Assembly: GCA_905234795.1 (NCBI GenBank) | Contig: CAJOIQ010000004.1 | Coordinates: 1,582 to 65,581, forward strand | DNA: 64,000 bases | Source: an uncultured Bacteroidales bacterium | GTDB taxonomy: Bacteria > Bacteroidota > Bacteroidia > Bacteroidales > UBA932 | Direction: 5' to 3' | Shown: piece by piece, positions 1 to 9,701 of the stretch | How the letters are laid out: each line of letters begins with the position of its first letter | How positions within the stretch are numbered: the stretch's first letter is position 1 | The notes under the pieces: model-generated | Databases searched by the model: none | What the model was told of the DNA's origin: nothing | What the model saw: only the letters and a program-made list of their open reading frames with translations | Made by a program: the position numbers and the translations under genes

Positions 1-1088
1 CCCACGTCAAAGAAACGGCCCGGGAAGGCGGCGGCGAACTGCGTCATGCCGCAGCCCGATGCCATGGCGGGCGTGATACCCACCACCTTGGGGTCCTGCC
101 CGGCCAGTTCCGTGAGAACCTGCCCGAAGACATCCTGGTAACGGTCGGCCGGATACATCACCTTTACCCGCTCTCCGGTTTCCGGATTGAAGCGGCCGGG
201 GGCGTGCCACACGGTGGGATTGGCCTCGGCGGGGGCATAGCCGCAGCCTTTGCGGGTATGGATGTGCAGGATGCGCGGCCCGCGCAGGTTTTTCAGACGC
301 TGGAGGGTTGCCGTGAGCTGCTCGATGTCGTTGCCGTCGATGGGGCCGAAATAGCGGAATCCCAGCGCCTCAAAGATGGCGCCACCGCTGGAGCGCACCA
401 GGTTGGACTTGGTATCAATGACCTTCCGCTGCACCCAGTCGCGGGTCTTTCCTTCTCCCATGGAGTTCCACACCTTGTTCTTCAGGCGATTGTAGAAGGG
501 GTGCGTGGTCACCTTGAGGAGATAGTCGTGCAGTCCGCCGCGATTGGGATCTATAGAAATGTTGTTGTCGTTGAGGACGATGAGGATATCGGCCTTGGAG
601 GAGCCCGCGTTGTTCAGGCCTTCCCAGGCCAGGCCGCCGGTGAGGGCGCCGTCCCCGATGACGGCGATGGCCTTGTCATGGCTTCCCTGCAGGCGCGCAG
701 CCTCGGCAAAACCCAGGGCGGCCGATATGGAGGTGGAGGAATGCCCCGCGCCGAAGGCGTCGTAAGGACTCTCGGCCCTCTTGGGGAACCCGCTGATACC
801 TCCAGCCTTGCGGTTGTCCTTGAAGGCTTCCCGCCGGCCCGTAAGAATCTTATGGGCATAGGCCTGATGGCCCACGTCGAACACCAGTTTGTCCTGAGGA
901 GTGTTGAATACGAAATGAAGCGCTACAATCAGATCCACCGCCCCCAGGCTGGAGCCCAGGTGACCGGGATTCACCGCGCAGCACTCCACCATATACTGCC
1001 TGATTTCGGCGCACAGCTGCCTGAGCTGCTGCGTGGTCAGGCCCTTCAGGTCCTCGGGGCCGTTGATGGTGTTCAGCAATTCGTACAT
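1..1088 (-). CDS. dxs: 1-deoxy-D-xylulose-5-phosphate synthase (N-terminal part; runs off the window edge)
   Basis: Not in the ORF track. Manual translation from ATG at 1088 gives MYELLNTINGPEDLK...GHLGSSLGAV...FDVGHQAYAHKILTGR...GHSSTSISAALG...GDGALTGGLAWEGLNN...FEALGFRYFGPIDG, the canonical DXS motifs. Confidence 0.95.
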   Translation of the reverse strand, partial: MYELLNTINGPEDLKGLTTQQLRQLCAEIRQYMVECCAVNPGHLGSSLGAVDLIVALHFVFNTPQDKLVFDVGHQAYAHKILTGRREAFKDNRKAGGISGFPKRAESPYDAFGAGHSSTSISAALGFAEAARLQGSHDKAIAVIGDGALTGGLAWEGLNNAGSSKADILIVLNDNNISIDPNRGGLHDYLLKVTTHPFYNRLKNKVWNSMGEGKTRDWVQRKVIDTKSNLVRSSGGAIFEALGFRYFGPIDGNDIEQLTATLQRLKNLRGPRILHIHTRKGCGYAPAEANPTVWHAPGRFNPETGERVKVMYPADRYQDVFGQVLTELAGQDPKVVGITPAMASGCGMTQFAAAFPGRFFDV

Positions 1089-1130
1089 AAGTGTACAAAG
1101 GTAAGCATTTTTTTCTTTCCTTCTCCCGGC

Positions 1131-1176
1131 CATCCTCAACTAGGGCGCTTTTGCCCGTTTTTGCCCCTGTTCAGGA
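1131..1176 (-). repeat. REP-like ~46-nt unit, family TCCTSAAC...GTTRAGGA, copy 1
   Basis: Reverse complement tcctgaacaggggcaaaaacgggcaaaagcgccctagttgaggatg aligns with the copies at 5136-5180 and 5188-5233. Confidence 0.75.
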
Positions 1177-1190
1177 GCGGGGGCAAGAGT

Positions 1191-2015
1191 TTAAAGGCGG
1201 CGAAGGCCGACAGATCGGCGCATGAGGGCGTCCCACCAGCGGGTGGGAAGAAGGGCATGGAGCCAAAGCAGGAAGTAGGAGCCGCTGCCGGGATGATAGC
1301 GGTGGCGGGGATGGCGGGCGCCGACAGCCTTGCCGATGGCGTGGGAAACGCAGGAGGGTTGCGCCAGGTAATGGCCGGAATAGGCCAGGTGCATCAGACG
1401 GGCTTCTTTCTGGGCCGGTGCTGCATAGGGCGTTCCCTTGCACGAGGCTTCCAGGTGATCGGCGGCAATGTGTCCCCATTCGGTATCCACGCCGCCGGGT
1501 TCGATGAGCACCACGTCTATGCCGAAAGGCTTCAGCTCGATGCGCATGGCATCGCTGAGCGCTTCCACGGAGTATTTGGACACATGGTACCAGCCGCCGA
1601 AGGGCAATACCACACGGCCAACGACCGAGCCCACGTTCACAATACGGCCGAAGCCGTGCTCCCGCATGGACGGCAGCACCAGCTGGGTAAGGCGGGCCAG
1701 GCCGAAGACATTTACTTCCAGTTGCCGCCGGGCCTCGTCCAACGGCACATTCTCGATGGCTCCGAAATAACCATAGCCAGCATTGTTCACAAGGACGTCC
1801 AGGCGGCCTTCGGCAGCAAGGATACCATCCACGCACGCCGTCATGGATTCGTCGGAAGTAACGTCCAATGAAACGGGGATGACGCCAAAAGCGCGCAGCG
1901 GTTCCATGCGTTCCACACGCCGCGCTGCGCCATAAACCTTATGTCCCTTCTTCGCCAGAAGGGTGGCGGTTTCGTAGCCGATGCCGCTGCTGGCACCTGT
2001 GACAAGGATAATCAT
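1191..2015 (-). CDS. SDR family NAD(P)-dependent oxidoreductase
   Basis: TGASSGIG Rossmann motif, NNAG motif and YxxSK catalytic motif (YHVSKY). Confidence 0.93.
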   Translation of the reverse strand: MIILVTGASSGIGYETATLLAKKGHKVYGAARRVERMEPLRAFGVIPVSLDVTSDESMTACVDGILAAEGRLDVLVNNAGYGYFGAIENVPLDEARRQLEVNVFGLARLTQLVLPSMREHGFGRIVNVGSVVGRVVLPFGGWYHVSKYSVEALSDAMRIELKPFGIDVVLIEPGGVDTEWGHIAADHLEASCKGTPYAAPAQKEARLMHLAYSGHYLAQPSCVSHAIGKAVGARHPRHRYHPGSGSYFLLWLHALLPTRWWDALMRRSVGLRRL

Positions 2016-3439
2016 CGGTTGGGCTGGTCAAGTTTGAGTTCGGGATGGCGGGCCGATGTTTGGCGGAACAGGAATGCTACCGCCACGGCGGCGATACAAA
2101 GTCCCACAAACATCAGTTCTACGGAAACGGGGCCATGGCTACTCTTGCCCAGGATTACGCCAGCCACCCATTTGAAGGACAGCAGGCCCAGGTTCTGCAC
2201 CCAGTAGATAAGGGCAAAGGTGGTTCCCAGCACTTTGTCGGGAACAATCTTGGGAACCGACGGCCACAAGGCAGCCGGAACCAGCGAATAGCCGAAGCCC
2301 AGGAACACCATGGCCAGGTAACCCCAGAAAGGCACGCCCGCAGGAGCGAATGCCAGCAGCAGATGGGCAATCAGAGCCAGTACGGCGCCAATCACCATCC
2401 AGCGTGTGCCCTTGCCGGCTTTGTCCACCAGCATGCCGAACAGCGGGGCAAAAATCACCGTGGAAAACGGCAGCATGGAAACCATCCAACCAGCCGTTTC
2501 GGCCGGGATATCAAAACGGGGTATCAAAATGGCCCCCGCAAATTTCTTAAAAGCGATGATGCTGCTGTAAAACAGCACGCACAACAATCCCAGCAGCCAG
2601 AAATTCTTATTTCCCAGCACTCCCAGCACATCCTTGAAACGGAAGGTCTCCGTTTCCTCCGGCTCAGAGGCTTCGGGCCGGTACGCTCCTTCGGAGCTAT
2701 CCCTCCCAGACAAGTCTGGGCCCCTCCCGTTCACGGAGCCACGGGCGGCTACGCCGTCCGAAGCCTCTGAGCCGGAGGAACGGTCAGCACGGTCGGCGCG
2801 GGCATCCAGGGCCACGAAGAGGGCCCAGAGGATGAGCCCCAGGGCCATGAGGCTCATGCCCACCATGGCGGGACGGGCGGTTTCGGCCAGGGAATATACG
2901 TGACCGGGGATCTGCTGCACCAGCTTGGGAGAGAGTACCAGGGCGAAGGCCGTGCCCAGACGGGCGATGGCCAGCTGGAGGCCCATGGCCAGGGCCATCG
3001 GCCCGCCGCGGAACCATTTGGCGATGCTGCGGGTAACGGCTGTTCCGGCAATCTCACTGCCCAGGCCGAAGAGCATCACGCCCACATAGGCCAGGGTGAG
3101 GGACGCCGACGAGCCGCTCAGCAGGGCCCACAGGACCATTCCGGCACCGGCGGCCATCATGGTCACGAAGAGGGTTCCGCTCACACGAACGCCCCACTTA
3201 TCCAGCAGGATGCCGCCTATCACCAGTCCACCGAAGACGCACAGCACGCTATAGCCGCTGGCATACAGGCCGTAGCCCGCCGAATCCCAGCCCAGCGCCG
3301 TGAGGGAAGGATCCTCAAACAGGTACGAGATGCTGGAGAACATGTCGTCGAAGTAGTACGATGCGAACATCGGCACTACCAAACAGGCCAGCGCTATCCA
3401 AGCCGCTGACCTGTAGAATTTCTGAGCCGGAGCCGTCAT
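2012..3439 (-). CDS. MFS transporter carrying an in-frame repeat insertion in the central loop
   Basis: About 12 hydrophobic segments; paralogous to the adjacent MFS (shared GLQ/GSEMALARLG and SLVPAALWPSVPK motifs). Confidence 0.88.
   Translation of the reverse strand: MTAPAQKFYRSAAWIALACLVVPMFASYYFDDMFSSISYLFEDPSLTALGWDSAGYGLYASGYSVLCVFGGLVIGGILLDKWGVRVSGTLFVTMMAAGAGMVLWALLSGSSASLTLAYVGVMLFGLGSEIAGTAVTRSIAKWFRGGPMALAMGLQLAIARLGTAFALVLSPKLVQQIPGHVYSLAETARPAMVGMSLMALGLILWALFVALDARADRADRSSGSEASDGVAARGSVNGRGPDLSGRDSSEGAYRPEASEPEETETFRFKDVLGVLGNKNFWLLGLLCVLFYSSIIAFKKFAGAILIPRFDIPAETAGWMVSMLPFSTVIFAPLFGMLVDKAGKGTRWMVIGAVLALIAHLLLAFAPAGVPFWGYLAMVFLGFGYSLVPAALWPSVPKIVPDKVLGTTFALIYWVQNLGLLSFKWVAGVILGKSSHGPVSVELMFVGLCIAAVAVAFLFRQTSARHPELKLDQPNR
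2654..2780. mobile_element. MITE-like palindromic element inside the MFS coding sequence (core 2665-2769, 105 bp)
   Basis: Perfect 23-bp inverted repeat ttcctccggctcagaggcttcgg / ccgaagcctctgagccggaggaa; the core matches the reverse complement of 56333-56463. Confidence 0.8.
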
Positions 3440-5062
3440 TTAGTCCTGGATGTTAGGCAGTTCCAGACCCAGGTTTTTCTTGCGGTCCACCACCTTGAGC
3501 ACCAGGCCCAGGACGAGGGCGGCTACACCCAGGCAGGCCAGCATGACCAGCGGAGCGGTGTAGTTGAACTGGGTGGGATCCGTCACGCCGGGGTTGGTCT
3601 TGTCCAGTACCTTGCCGATGAGCAGGGGGAACAGCCACAGGCCGATGTTCTGAATCCAGAAGATGAGGGCGTAGGCGCTGCCGATCACTTTGGCATCGAC
3701 CAGCTTGGGAACGGACGGCCACAGGGCGGCGGGAACCAGGGAGAAGCTGGCGCCCAGCACCAGGATGGTGGTATAGGCCACGATGACGCCGCCAATGTTA
3801 TTACCCTTGAAGGCGGGCAGCACGAAGGCGAAGGTGAGGTGGCAGGCAATGAGCAGGATGGCGCCCAGCACCAGCATGGAGGCACCTTTACCCTTGCGGT
3901 CCAGATAGTTGCCCAGAATGGGGGTGATGAGCACGGCCAGCAGCGGGAACACGGCAAAGATGGATTCGGCGCTCTGACGCATGTAACCCATGAAGCAATA
4001 GCCGATGAGGGCTGCGATGGAAATGCCCAGGAACAGGTACTGGCGGCTCTTTACCTTCTGGAAGTTGCTGGCAAAGCCGGCGGCGGCCACCACCAGCATG
4101 ATGACATACTGGACGATGGTGACGCTGGAGCTGGCCCAATAGGAATCGGCAGCAGGCTCCGTGAGGGTAAGGTTGCACTGCAGCATGTTCACCGCATACT
4201 TCTGGAACGGGAAGATGGCGCTGTAATAAAGCACGCACAGCAGAGCCACAATCCAGAAACCGCCGTCGGAGAGGATTTTGCCGATGTCGGACACCTTAAA
4301 CGGATCGTCCTTTTCTTCGGCCTCACCGGTCTGGCTGTCCAGTTTCTTATCCATGAAGAAGTACACGATGGTCATCATGAGGGCGATGCACAGGAGCACC
4401 ACGCCGAAGGCCACGCTGCGGGACACGTCCACGCTGCCGCCCAACTTGGCGAAGAAGGGGCTGAAGATCATGCAGGTGGCAACGCCCAGGCGGGCCAGGG
4501 CCATCTCGGAACCCATGGCCAGCGCCATCTCGCGGCCCTTGAACCACTTCACGATTCCGCGGCTCACCGTAATGCCGGCCATCTCACAGCCGCAGCCGAA
4601 GATCATGAAACCGCAGGCGGCGAATTTGGCCGATGCGGGCATACCCCGGTAGAACGGGGAAACGCCCAACTCGTCAAAGAGCGGAATATAATTAAGGTTG
4701 TTGTTGAACCAGGCTTCCAGGCCGCTGCCCATGAAGGATTCGCTCACGGCGAACCACTTGATAAGGGCGCCAGCCAGCATGACACCGGCCGACAGGACTG
4801 CGGTGAACCGGACCCCCATCTTGTCCAGGATGATACCGGCGAAGATGAGGAAGAACACAAACACGTTGAGGAACACCTCGGAGCCCTGCATGGTACCGAA
4901 GGCGGTGGAATCCCAGCCGCGGGTCTCCTGCATCAGGTCCTTGATGGGAGACAGGATGTCCATGAAAATGTAGGAACAGAACATGGCCAGGGCCAGCAGC
5001 AACAGGGCTGTCCAGCGCATTGCGGCCGAATCGCGGAGGGTTTTCTTTACAGAATCTGCCAT
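3440..5062 (-). CDS. MFS transporter
   Basis: Multi-TM protein with the MFS motif A-like GIILDKMGVR; its TAA abuts the ATG of the downstream paralog. Confidence 0.9.
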   Translation of the reverse strand: MADSVKKTLRDSAAMRWTALLLLALAMFCSYIFMDILSPIKDLMQETRGWDSTAFGTMQGSEVFLNVFVFFLIFAGIILDKMGVRFTAVLSAGVMLAGALIKWFAVSESFMGSGLEAWFNNNLNYIPLFDELGVSPFYRGMPASAKFAACGFMIFGCGCEMAGITVSRGIVKWFKGREMALAMGSEMALARLGVATCMIFSPFFAKLGGSVDVSRSVAFGVVLLCIALMMTIVYFFMDKKLDSQTGEAEEKDDPFKVSDIGKILSDGGFWIVALLCVLYYSAIFPFQKYAVNMLQCNLTLTEPAADSYWASSSVTIVQYVIMLVVAAAGFASNFQKVKSRQYLFLGISIAALIGYCFMGYMRQSAESIFAVFPLLAVLITPILGNYLDRKGKGASMLVLGAILLIACHLTFAFVLPAFKGNNIGGVIVAYTTILVLGASFSLVPAALWPSVPKLVDAKVIGSAYALIFWIQNIGLWLFPLLIGKVLDKTNPGVTDPTQFNYTAPLVMLACLGVAALVLGLVLKVVDRKKNLGLELPNIQD

Positions 5063-5135
5063 AGTATATAATGTCTTAGTTTCCTTTGGGACCGCTAAAT
5101 TACTTAAATAATTTTAAATCCCCAACGGGGCCTGT

Positions 5136-5233
5136 TCCTCAACAGGGGCAAAAAATGGCAAAAGCGCCCCTGATGAGTACAGCCGTGTCCTGAACAGGGG
5201 CGAAAAGCGGCAAAAACGCACAAGTTAAGGACG
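5136..5233 (+). repeat. REP-like units, family TCCTSAAC...GTTRAGGA, tandem copies 2 and 3 (5136-5180, 5188-5233)
   Basis: tcctcaacaggggcaaaaaatggcaaaagcgcccctgatgagtac and tcctgaacaggggcgaaaagcggcaaaaacgcacaagttaaggacg; both inverted relative to 1131-1176. Confidence 0.75.
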
Positions 5234-5316
5234 GAGAGAGAGGAAAAGTAGAGGAAAAAGAGGGGAACGCGGCTAGTTTTTTGCAAAAAAGATTTGGTGG
5301 ATTCAAAAATCCATTT

Positions 5317-5324
5317 TATCTTTG
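5317..5324 (+). promoter_or_regulatory. Bacteroidota -7 promoter element (TATCTTTG) for the ABC exporter operon
   Basis: Matches TAnnTTTG, 32 nt upstream of ATG 5357. Confidence 0.6.
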
Positions 5325-5356
5325 CAGTGTAATAGGATACTAATACAGCGGACAAT

Positions 5357-6073
5357 ATGGCGCTTATCGAACTGAAAGACATCAATAAAACATACGACAA
5401 CGGGCAGCCGCTGCACGTGCTCAAGGGCATTGACCTGAGCATCGAGCAGGGAGAGTTCGTGTCCATCATGGGAGCCTCCGGTTCCGGAAAATCCACCCTG
5501 CTCAACATCCTGGGCATCCTGGACAACTACGACACCGGCACGTACACCCTGAATGGCACGCTCATCAAGGACCTGAGCGAGAAACAGGCGGCCGATTACC
5601 GCAACCGTATGATCGGCTTCATTTTCCAGAGTTTCAACCTCATCGGCTTCAAGACGGCCGTAGAGAACGTGGAACTGCCTTTATATTATCAAGGTGTCCC
5701 CCGCCGCGAGCGCCACGCCAAGGCCATGGAATATCTGGAAAAACTGGGACTCACCCAGTGGGCCTCCCACTTCCCCAACGAGATGTCCGGCGGCCAGAAG
5801 CAACGCGTAGCCATCGCCCGCGCCCTCATCACCCATCCGCAGATCATCCTGGCCGATGAACCCACCGGCGCCCTGGACTCCAAGACCAGTGTGGAAGTGA
5901 TGCAGCTCCTCAAAAAGCTGAACCAGGAAGAGGGCATCACCATCATCGTGGTCACCCACGAGAGCGGCGTGGCCAACGAGACCAACAAGATTATCCACAT
6001 CAAGGACGGCGTCATCGGACAAATCGAAGAAAACGCCCACCATGACGCCTGGGGCGGGCCCCTGATGAAGTAA
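5357..6073 (+). CDS. ABC transporter ATP-binding protein (MacB/LolD type)
   Basis: Walker A GASGSGKS, signature MSGGQKQR, Walker B ILADEPTG. Confidence 0.95.
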   Translation: MALIELKDINKTYDNGQPLHVLKGIDLSIEQGEFVSIMGASGSGKSTLLNILGILDNYDTGTYTLNGTLIKDLSEKQAADYRNRMIGFIFQSFNLIGFKTAVENVELPLYYQGVPRRERHAKAMEYLEKLGLTQWASHFPNEMSGGQKQRVAIARALITHPQIILADEPTGALDSKTSVEVMQLLKKLNQEEGITIIVVTHESGVANETNKIIHIKDGVIGQIEENAHHDAWGGPLMK

Positions 6074-7338
6074 TGAGAATAGAAATCATCCACGAAATAG
6101 CCAGTTCCCTGCGCAACAACAAACTGCGCACGGCCCTTACCGGCTTTGCAGTGAGCTGGGGCATTTTCCTGCTCATTGCGCTGCTGGGAGCCGGCAACGG
6201 TCTGATGAACTCTTTCTCCGGCAACATCCAGGAGTTCGTTTCCCAGACCATCGAGGTGGAAGGCTGGCGCACGGCCAAGCCCTACAAGGGCTATAAGGAA
6301 AACCGCCGCATCCAACTGGACCAGAAGGATGTGGAATACACGGAAGGAGACGAGTGGCAGGGCGTCATTGAGAATGTGACCACCACCACTACCTCCACAT
6401 CGGCCCAGCTGGCCTTGAACGGACGCACCGTGAACGGCTGGATCTCGGGCGTGATGCCGGAGTACAAGGACCAGAACAAAATCAAGATGGCCTATGGCCG
6501 TTTCCTCAACCGCAACGACCTCAATGACAGAAAGAAGGTGATTGTCATTTCCCTGGCCCAGGCCAAAGAGCTGATGCCCGACAAAACAGAAAGCATCATC
6601 GGGCAATGGATCAGTGCCGGAAAAATAGCCTTCCAGGTAGTGGGTGTGTACCATACCGACGAAGGGAATTTCCGCCGTGCCGTCAACATCCCCTACACCA
6701 CTTATAAAGGTATCTACGACAGCTCCGACAAGATTTCCAGCATCACCTTCAACGTCAACGGACTCAAGACCCTGGAGGACAACAAAGCCTTCGAAGACGA
6801 ATACATCGGCGCCCTCAAGCGCTTGCACGACATTGCCCCGGACGACAGCAGGGGAATCTGGTACAGCAACGGCTATACGGACAACCTGCAGATGAACAAG
6901 GCGTCCTCTATCCTGAACATCGCCCTGTGGATCCTGGGCCTCCTTACCTTGGTGAGCGGCATTGTGGGCGTGTCCAACATCATGCTCATCACCGTGAAGG
7001 AACGTACGCATGAGTTCGGCATCCGCAAGGCCATCGGCGCCCGTCCCGGCGCCATCCTCAAGCTCATCATTTCCGAGAGCATCTGCATCACCGCCGTCTT
7101 CGGCTATGTGGGCATGCTTCTGGGTATGATTGCCTGCCAGATCATGGACAAGACCGTGGCGCAAAATGGCGTGGACATCGGTATGGACGAGATCCATATG
7201 CTGGTGAATCCCACCGTAGGACTGGACGTAGCCCTGGAAGCCACCCTCCTGCTCATTATCGCCGGTACCCTGGCCGGGGCTGTCCCCGCCTGGAAAGCCG
7301 CCAAAGTGAAACCCATTGAAGCCCTGAGAGCCGAATGA
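6073..7338 (+). CDS. ABC transporter permease (MacB/FtsX family)
   Basis: N-terminal TM, periplasmic core, C-terminal GVSNIMLITVKERTHEFGIRKAIGA FtsX motif. Confidence 0.92.
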   Translation: MRIEIIHEIASSLRNNKLRTALTGFAVSWGIFLLIALLGAGNGLMNSFSGNIQEFVSQTIEVEGWRTAKPYKGYKENRRIQLDQKDVEYTEGDEWQGVIENVTTTTTSTSAQLALNGRTVNGWISGVMPEYKDQNKIKMAYGRFLNRNDLNDRKKVIVISLAQAKELMPDKTESIIGQWISAGKIAFQVVGVYHTDEGNFRRAVNIPYTTYKGIYDSSDKISSITFNVNGLKTLEDNKAFEDEYIGALKRLHDIAPDDSRGIWYSNGYTDNLQMNKASSILNIALWILGLLTLVSGIVGVSNIMLITVKERTHEFGIRKAIGARPGAILKLIISESICITAVFGYVGMLLGMIACQIMDKTVAQNGVDIGMDEIHMLVNPTVGLDVALEATLLLIIAGTLAGAVPAWKAAKVKPIEALRAE

Positions 7339-8591
7339 AAAAGTGGTTTGATACCGATACTTTCCGGGAAATCCTGGACAGCATCCTGCGGAACAGAAGC
7401 CGCAGCTTCCTCACGGGCTTCGGCGTGTTCTGGGGCGTCTTCATGCTCATGCTCCTCACCGGCGGCAGCCAGGGTCTGAAAGACCTCCTGAACCGGGAAT
7501 TGGACGGCTTTGCACAGAACACCTGCATCGCCTTCTCCAGCAATACTTCCAAACCGTTTAAAGGTTTCAAGAAGGGCCGATACTGGGATATGACCTATTC
7601 CGACGTGGACCGGCTCAAGAACCTGATGCCGGAACTGGAAACCGTCACACCCACCGTGAGCCTCTGGGGCAAGAGCGTCACCCGTGACGACTATTCCTAC
7701 GCCGACGCCGTGGTCAAAGGAAACAGCCCCGATTACGCCAATATCGAAACGCCCAAAATGAAATATGGCCGCTGGCTCAACGACAGCGACAACGCACAGG
7801 AACGGAAGGTGTGCGTAATTGGCAAACGCGTGTACACCAATCTGTTCCCCGAAGGTGGAGACCCCTGCGGCAAGCGCATCCGCATAGACGGCAGCTACTA
7901 CACCGTAGTGGGCGTGAACTGGAACGCCAGCAACAGCATCAGCATCAATGGCAGCGCGTCTGACACCGTTACCATTCCCATCAACCAGGCCAGGAAAGCC
8001 TATAACCTGGGCAACACCATCCAGATGCTGTGCTTCACCGCCAAACCGGGGTATACCATGAGCGACCTCACGCCCCGCGTGCGGGAAATCCTGGCCCGGG
8101 AGCACCTCTTCGATCCCACAGATGAACAGGCCCTGTTCCTGCTGAACACCCAACTCATCTTCGGCATTATAGACAACCTGTTCCGGGGCATCAACTTCCT
8201 GGTGTGGCTCATCGGCCTGGGAACCCTGCTGGCCGGCGTGATAGGCGTGTCCAACATCATGATGGTGAGCGTGAAGGAACGCACCACGGAGATCGGCATC
8301 CGCCGGGCCATCGGCGCCACTCCCAGCCAAATTCTGAGCCAGATCATTTCCGAGAGCATCGTGCTCACGCTGGTGGCGGGTATGCTGGGCATCGTGTTCA
8401 GCGTGCTCATCCTCTCCGGCGTAGAAATGCTCATGACGGAGGACGGCATCCTCAAAGCCGCCTTCCAGGTTCCCTTCGGCACGGCTGTGCTGGCAGCATC
8501 CCTGCTCACCGTGCTGGGAGTAGTGGCCGGCCTGATGCCCGCCTCCCGCGCCATGCAGATCAAGCCCGTAGATGCCATGAGAGACGAATAA
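7335..8591 (+). CDS. ABC transporter permease (MacB/FtsX family)
   Basis: GVSNIMMVSVKERTTEIGIRRAIGA motif; paralog of the preceding gene. Confidence 0.92.
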   Translation: MKKWFDTDTFREILDSILRNRSRSFLTGFGVFWGVFMLMLLTGGSQGLKDLLNRELDGFAQNTCIAFSSNTSKPFKGFKKGRYWDMTYSDVDRLKNLMPELETVTPTVSLWGKSVTRDDYSYADAVVKGNSPDYANIETPKMKYGRWLNDSDNAQERKVCVIGKRVYTNLFPEGGDPCGKRIRIDGSYYTVVGVNWNASNSISINGSASDTVTIPINQARKAYNLGNTIQMLCFTAKPGYTMSDLTPRVREILAREHLFDPTDEQALFLLNTQLIFGIIDNLFRGINFLVWLIGLGTLLAGVIGVSNIMMVSVKERTTEIGIRRAIGATPSQILSQIISESIVLTLVAGMLGIVFSVLILSGVEMLMTEDGILKAAFQVPFGTAVLAASLLTVLGVVAGLMPASRAMQIKPVDAMRDE

Positions 8592-8606
8592 TAAACAGTT
8601 ATAGAT

Positions 8607-9698
8607 ATGAAAAAGTTTGGTAAAATTATGTTGGTAGTGCTGGTGGCGGCCATTTTCATCGGCACCTTCGCCTACCTGTTCCAGCGGTCCAAGCCCAAGG
8701 AAACCCAGTACCAGGAAGTCGTGCCGGAGATGGGCAGCATCTCCAAGAGCACCGTGGTCACCGGCAAGATCCAGCCGCGCGACGAGGTGAACGTGAAGCC
8801 GCAAATCAACGGTATCGTGGCCGAGCTGTACAAAAAAGCCGGCGAGACCGTGCAGCAGAACGAGGTCATCGCCAAGCTCAAGGTGATTCCCGATATGAGC
8901 CAGCTGTCGTCGGCCCAGAGCCGCGTGCGCCTGGCCGATGTGAACCTGAAGCAGGCCCAGACCAACTACAACCGGGAGAAAGAGCTCTTCGACAAAAATC
9001 TGGTGAGCGCCGAGGAATTCGAAAAGGTGAGCCAGGCGCTGCAGCAGGCTCAGGAAGAGCGTTCCATCGCCCAGGAAACCCTGGAAATCGTGCGTGACGG
9101 CGTATCCTCCTCCAACAAGAGCGGAAGTACCACGCTGGTGCGTTCCACCATCTCCGGCCTCATCCTGGACATTCCGGTGAAGGTGGGTAACTCCGTCACC
9201 ATGTCCAACACCTTCAACGACGGCACCACCATCGCCACCGTAGCCAATATGGACGACCTTATCTTCGACGGCAACATCGACGAGACCGAGGTGGGCCACC
9301 TGCACGTGGGCCTGCCCGTACGCATCAGCGTGGGCGCCCTGCAGGACGTGCACCTGGACGCCGCCCTGGAGTACATCTCCCCCAAGGCTACCGAATCCAA
9401 CGGCACCAACCTCTTTGAAATCAAGGCTTCCGTCAAAGTGCCCGCCGGCATCACCATCCGCAGCGGCTACAGCGCCAATGCCGAGATTGTGCTGGACCAG
9501 GCCGACAACGTCCTCACCCTGGCCGAGAGTGCCATCCAGTGGGAAGGCGACAGCACCTTCGTATACATCAAAGCCGCCGACGGCTGGGACAAACGCCCCG
9601 TGGAGACCGGCCTGTCCGACGGCGTTAACATCGAAATCAGGAACGGCCTCACCCCGGGTGAAACCGTCCGCGGCACCGAAATCATTAAATCCAAGTAA
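8607..9698 (+). CDS. efflux periplasmic adaptor subunit (MacA/HlyD family)
   Basis: N-terminal anchor, lipoyl-hairpin-lipoyl pattern (TGKIQP...STISG), operon context. Confidence 0.92.
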   Translation: MKKFGKIMLVVLVAAIFIGTFAYLFQRSKPKETQYQEVVPEMGSISKSTVVTGKIQPRDEVNVKPQINGIVAELYKKAGETVQQNEVIAKLKVIPDMSQLSSAQSRVRLADVNLKQAQTNYNREKELFDKNLVSAEEFEKVSQALQQAQEERSIAQETLEIVRDGVSSSNKSGSTTLVRSTISGLILDIPVKVGNSVTMSNTFNDGTTIATVANMDDLIFDGNIDETEVGHLHVGLPVRISVGALQDVHLDAALEYISPKATESNGTNLFEIKASVKVPAGITIRSGYSANAEIVLDQADNVLTLAESAIQWEGDSTFVYIKAADGWDKRPVETGLSDGVNIEIRNGLTPGETVRGTEIIKSK

Positions 9699-9701
9699 GC
9701 G

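Noticed and set aside
204-1871. 555-aa + strand ORF
   Set aside because: Antisense shadow of dxs and the SDR; it lacks motifs, while the - strand has clear DXS motifs.
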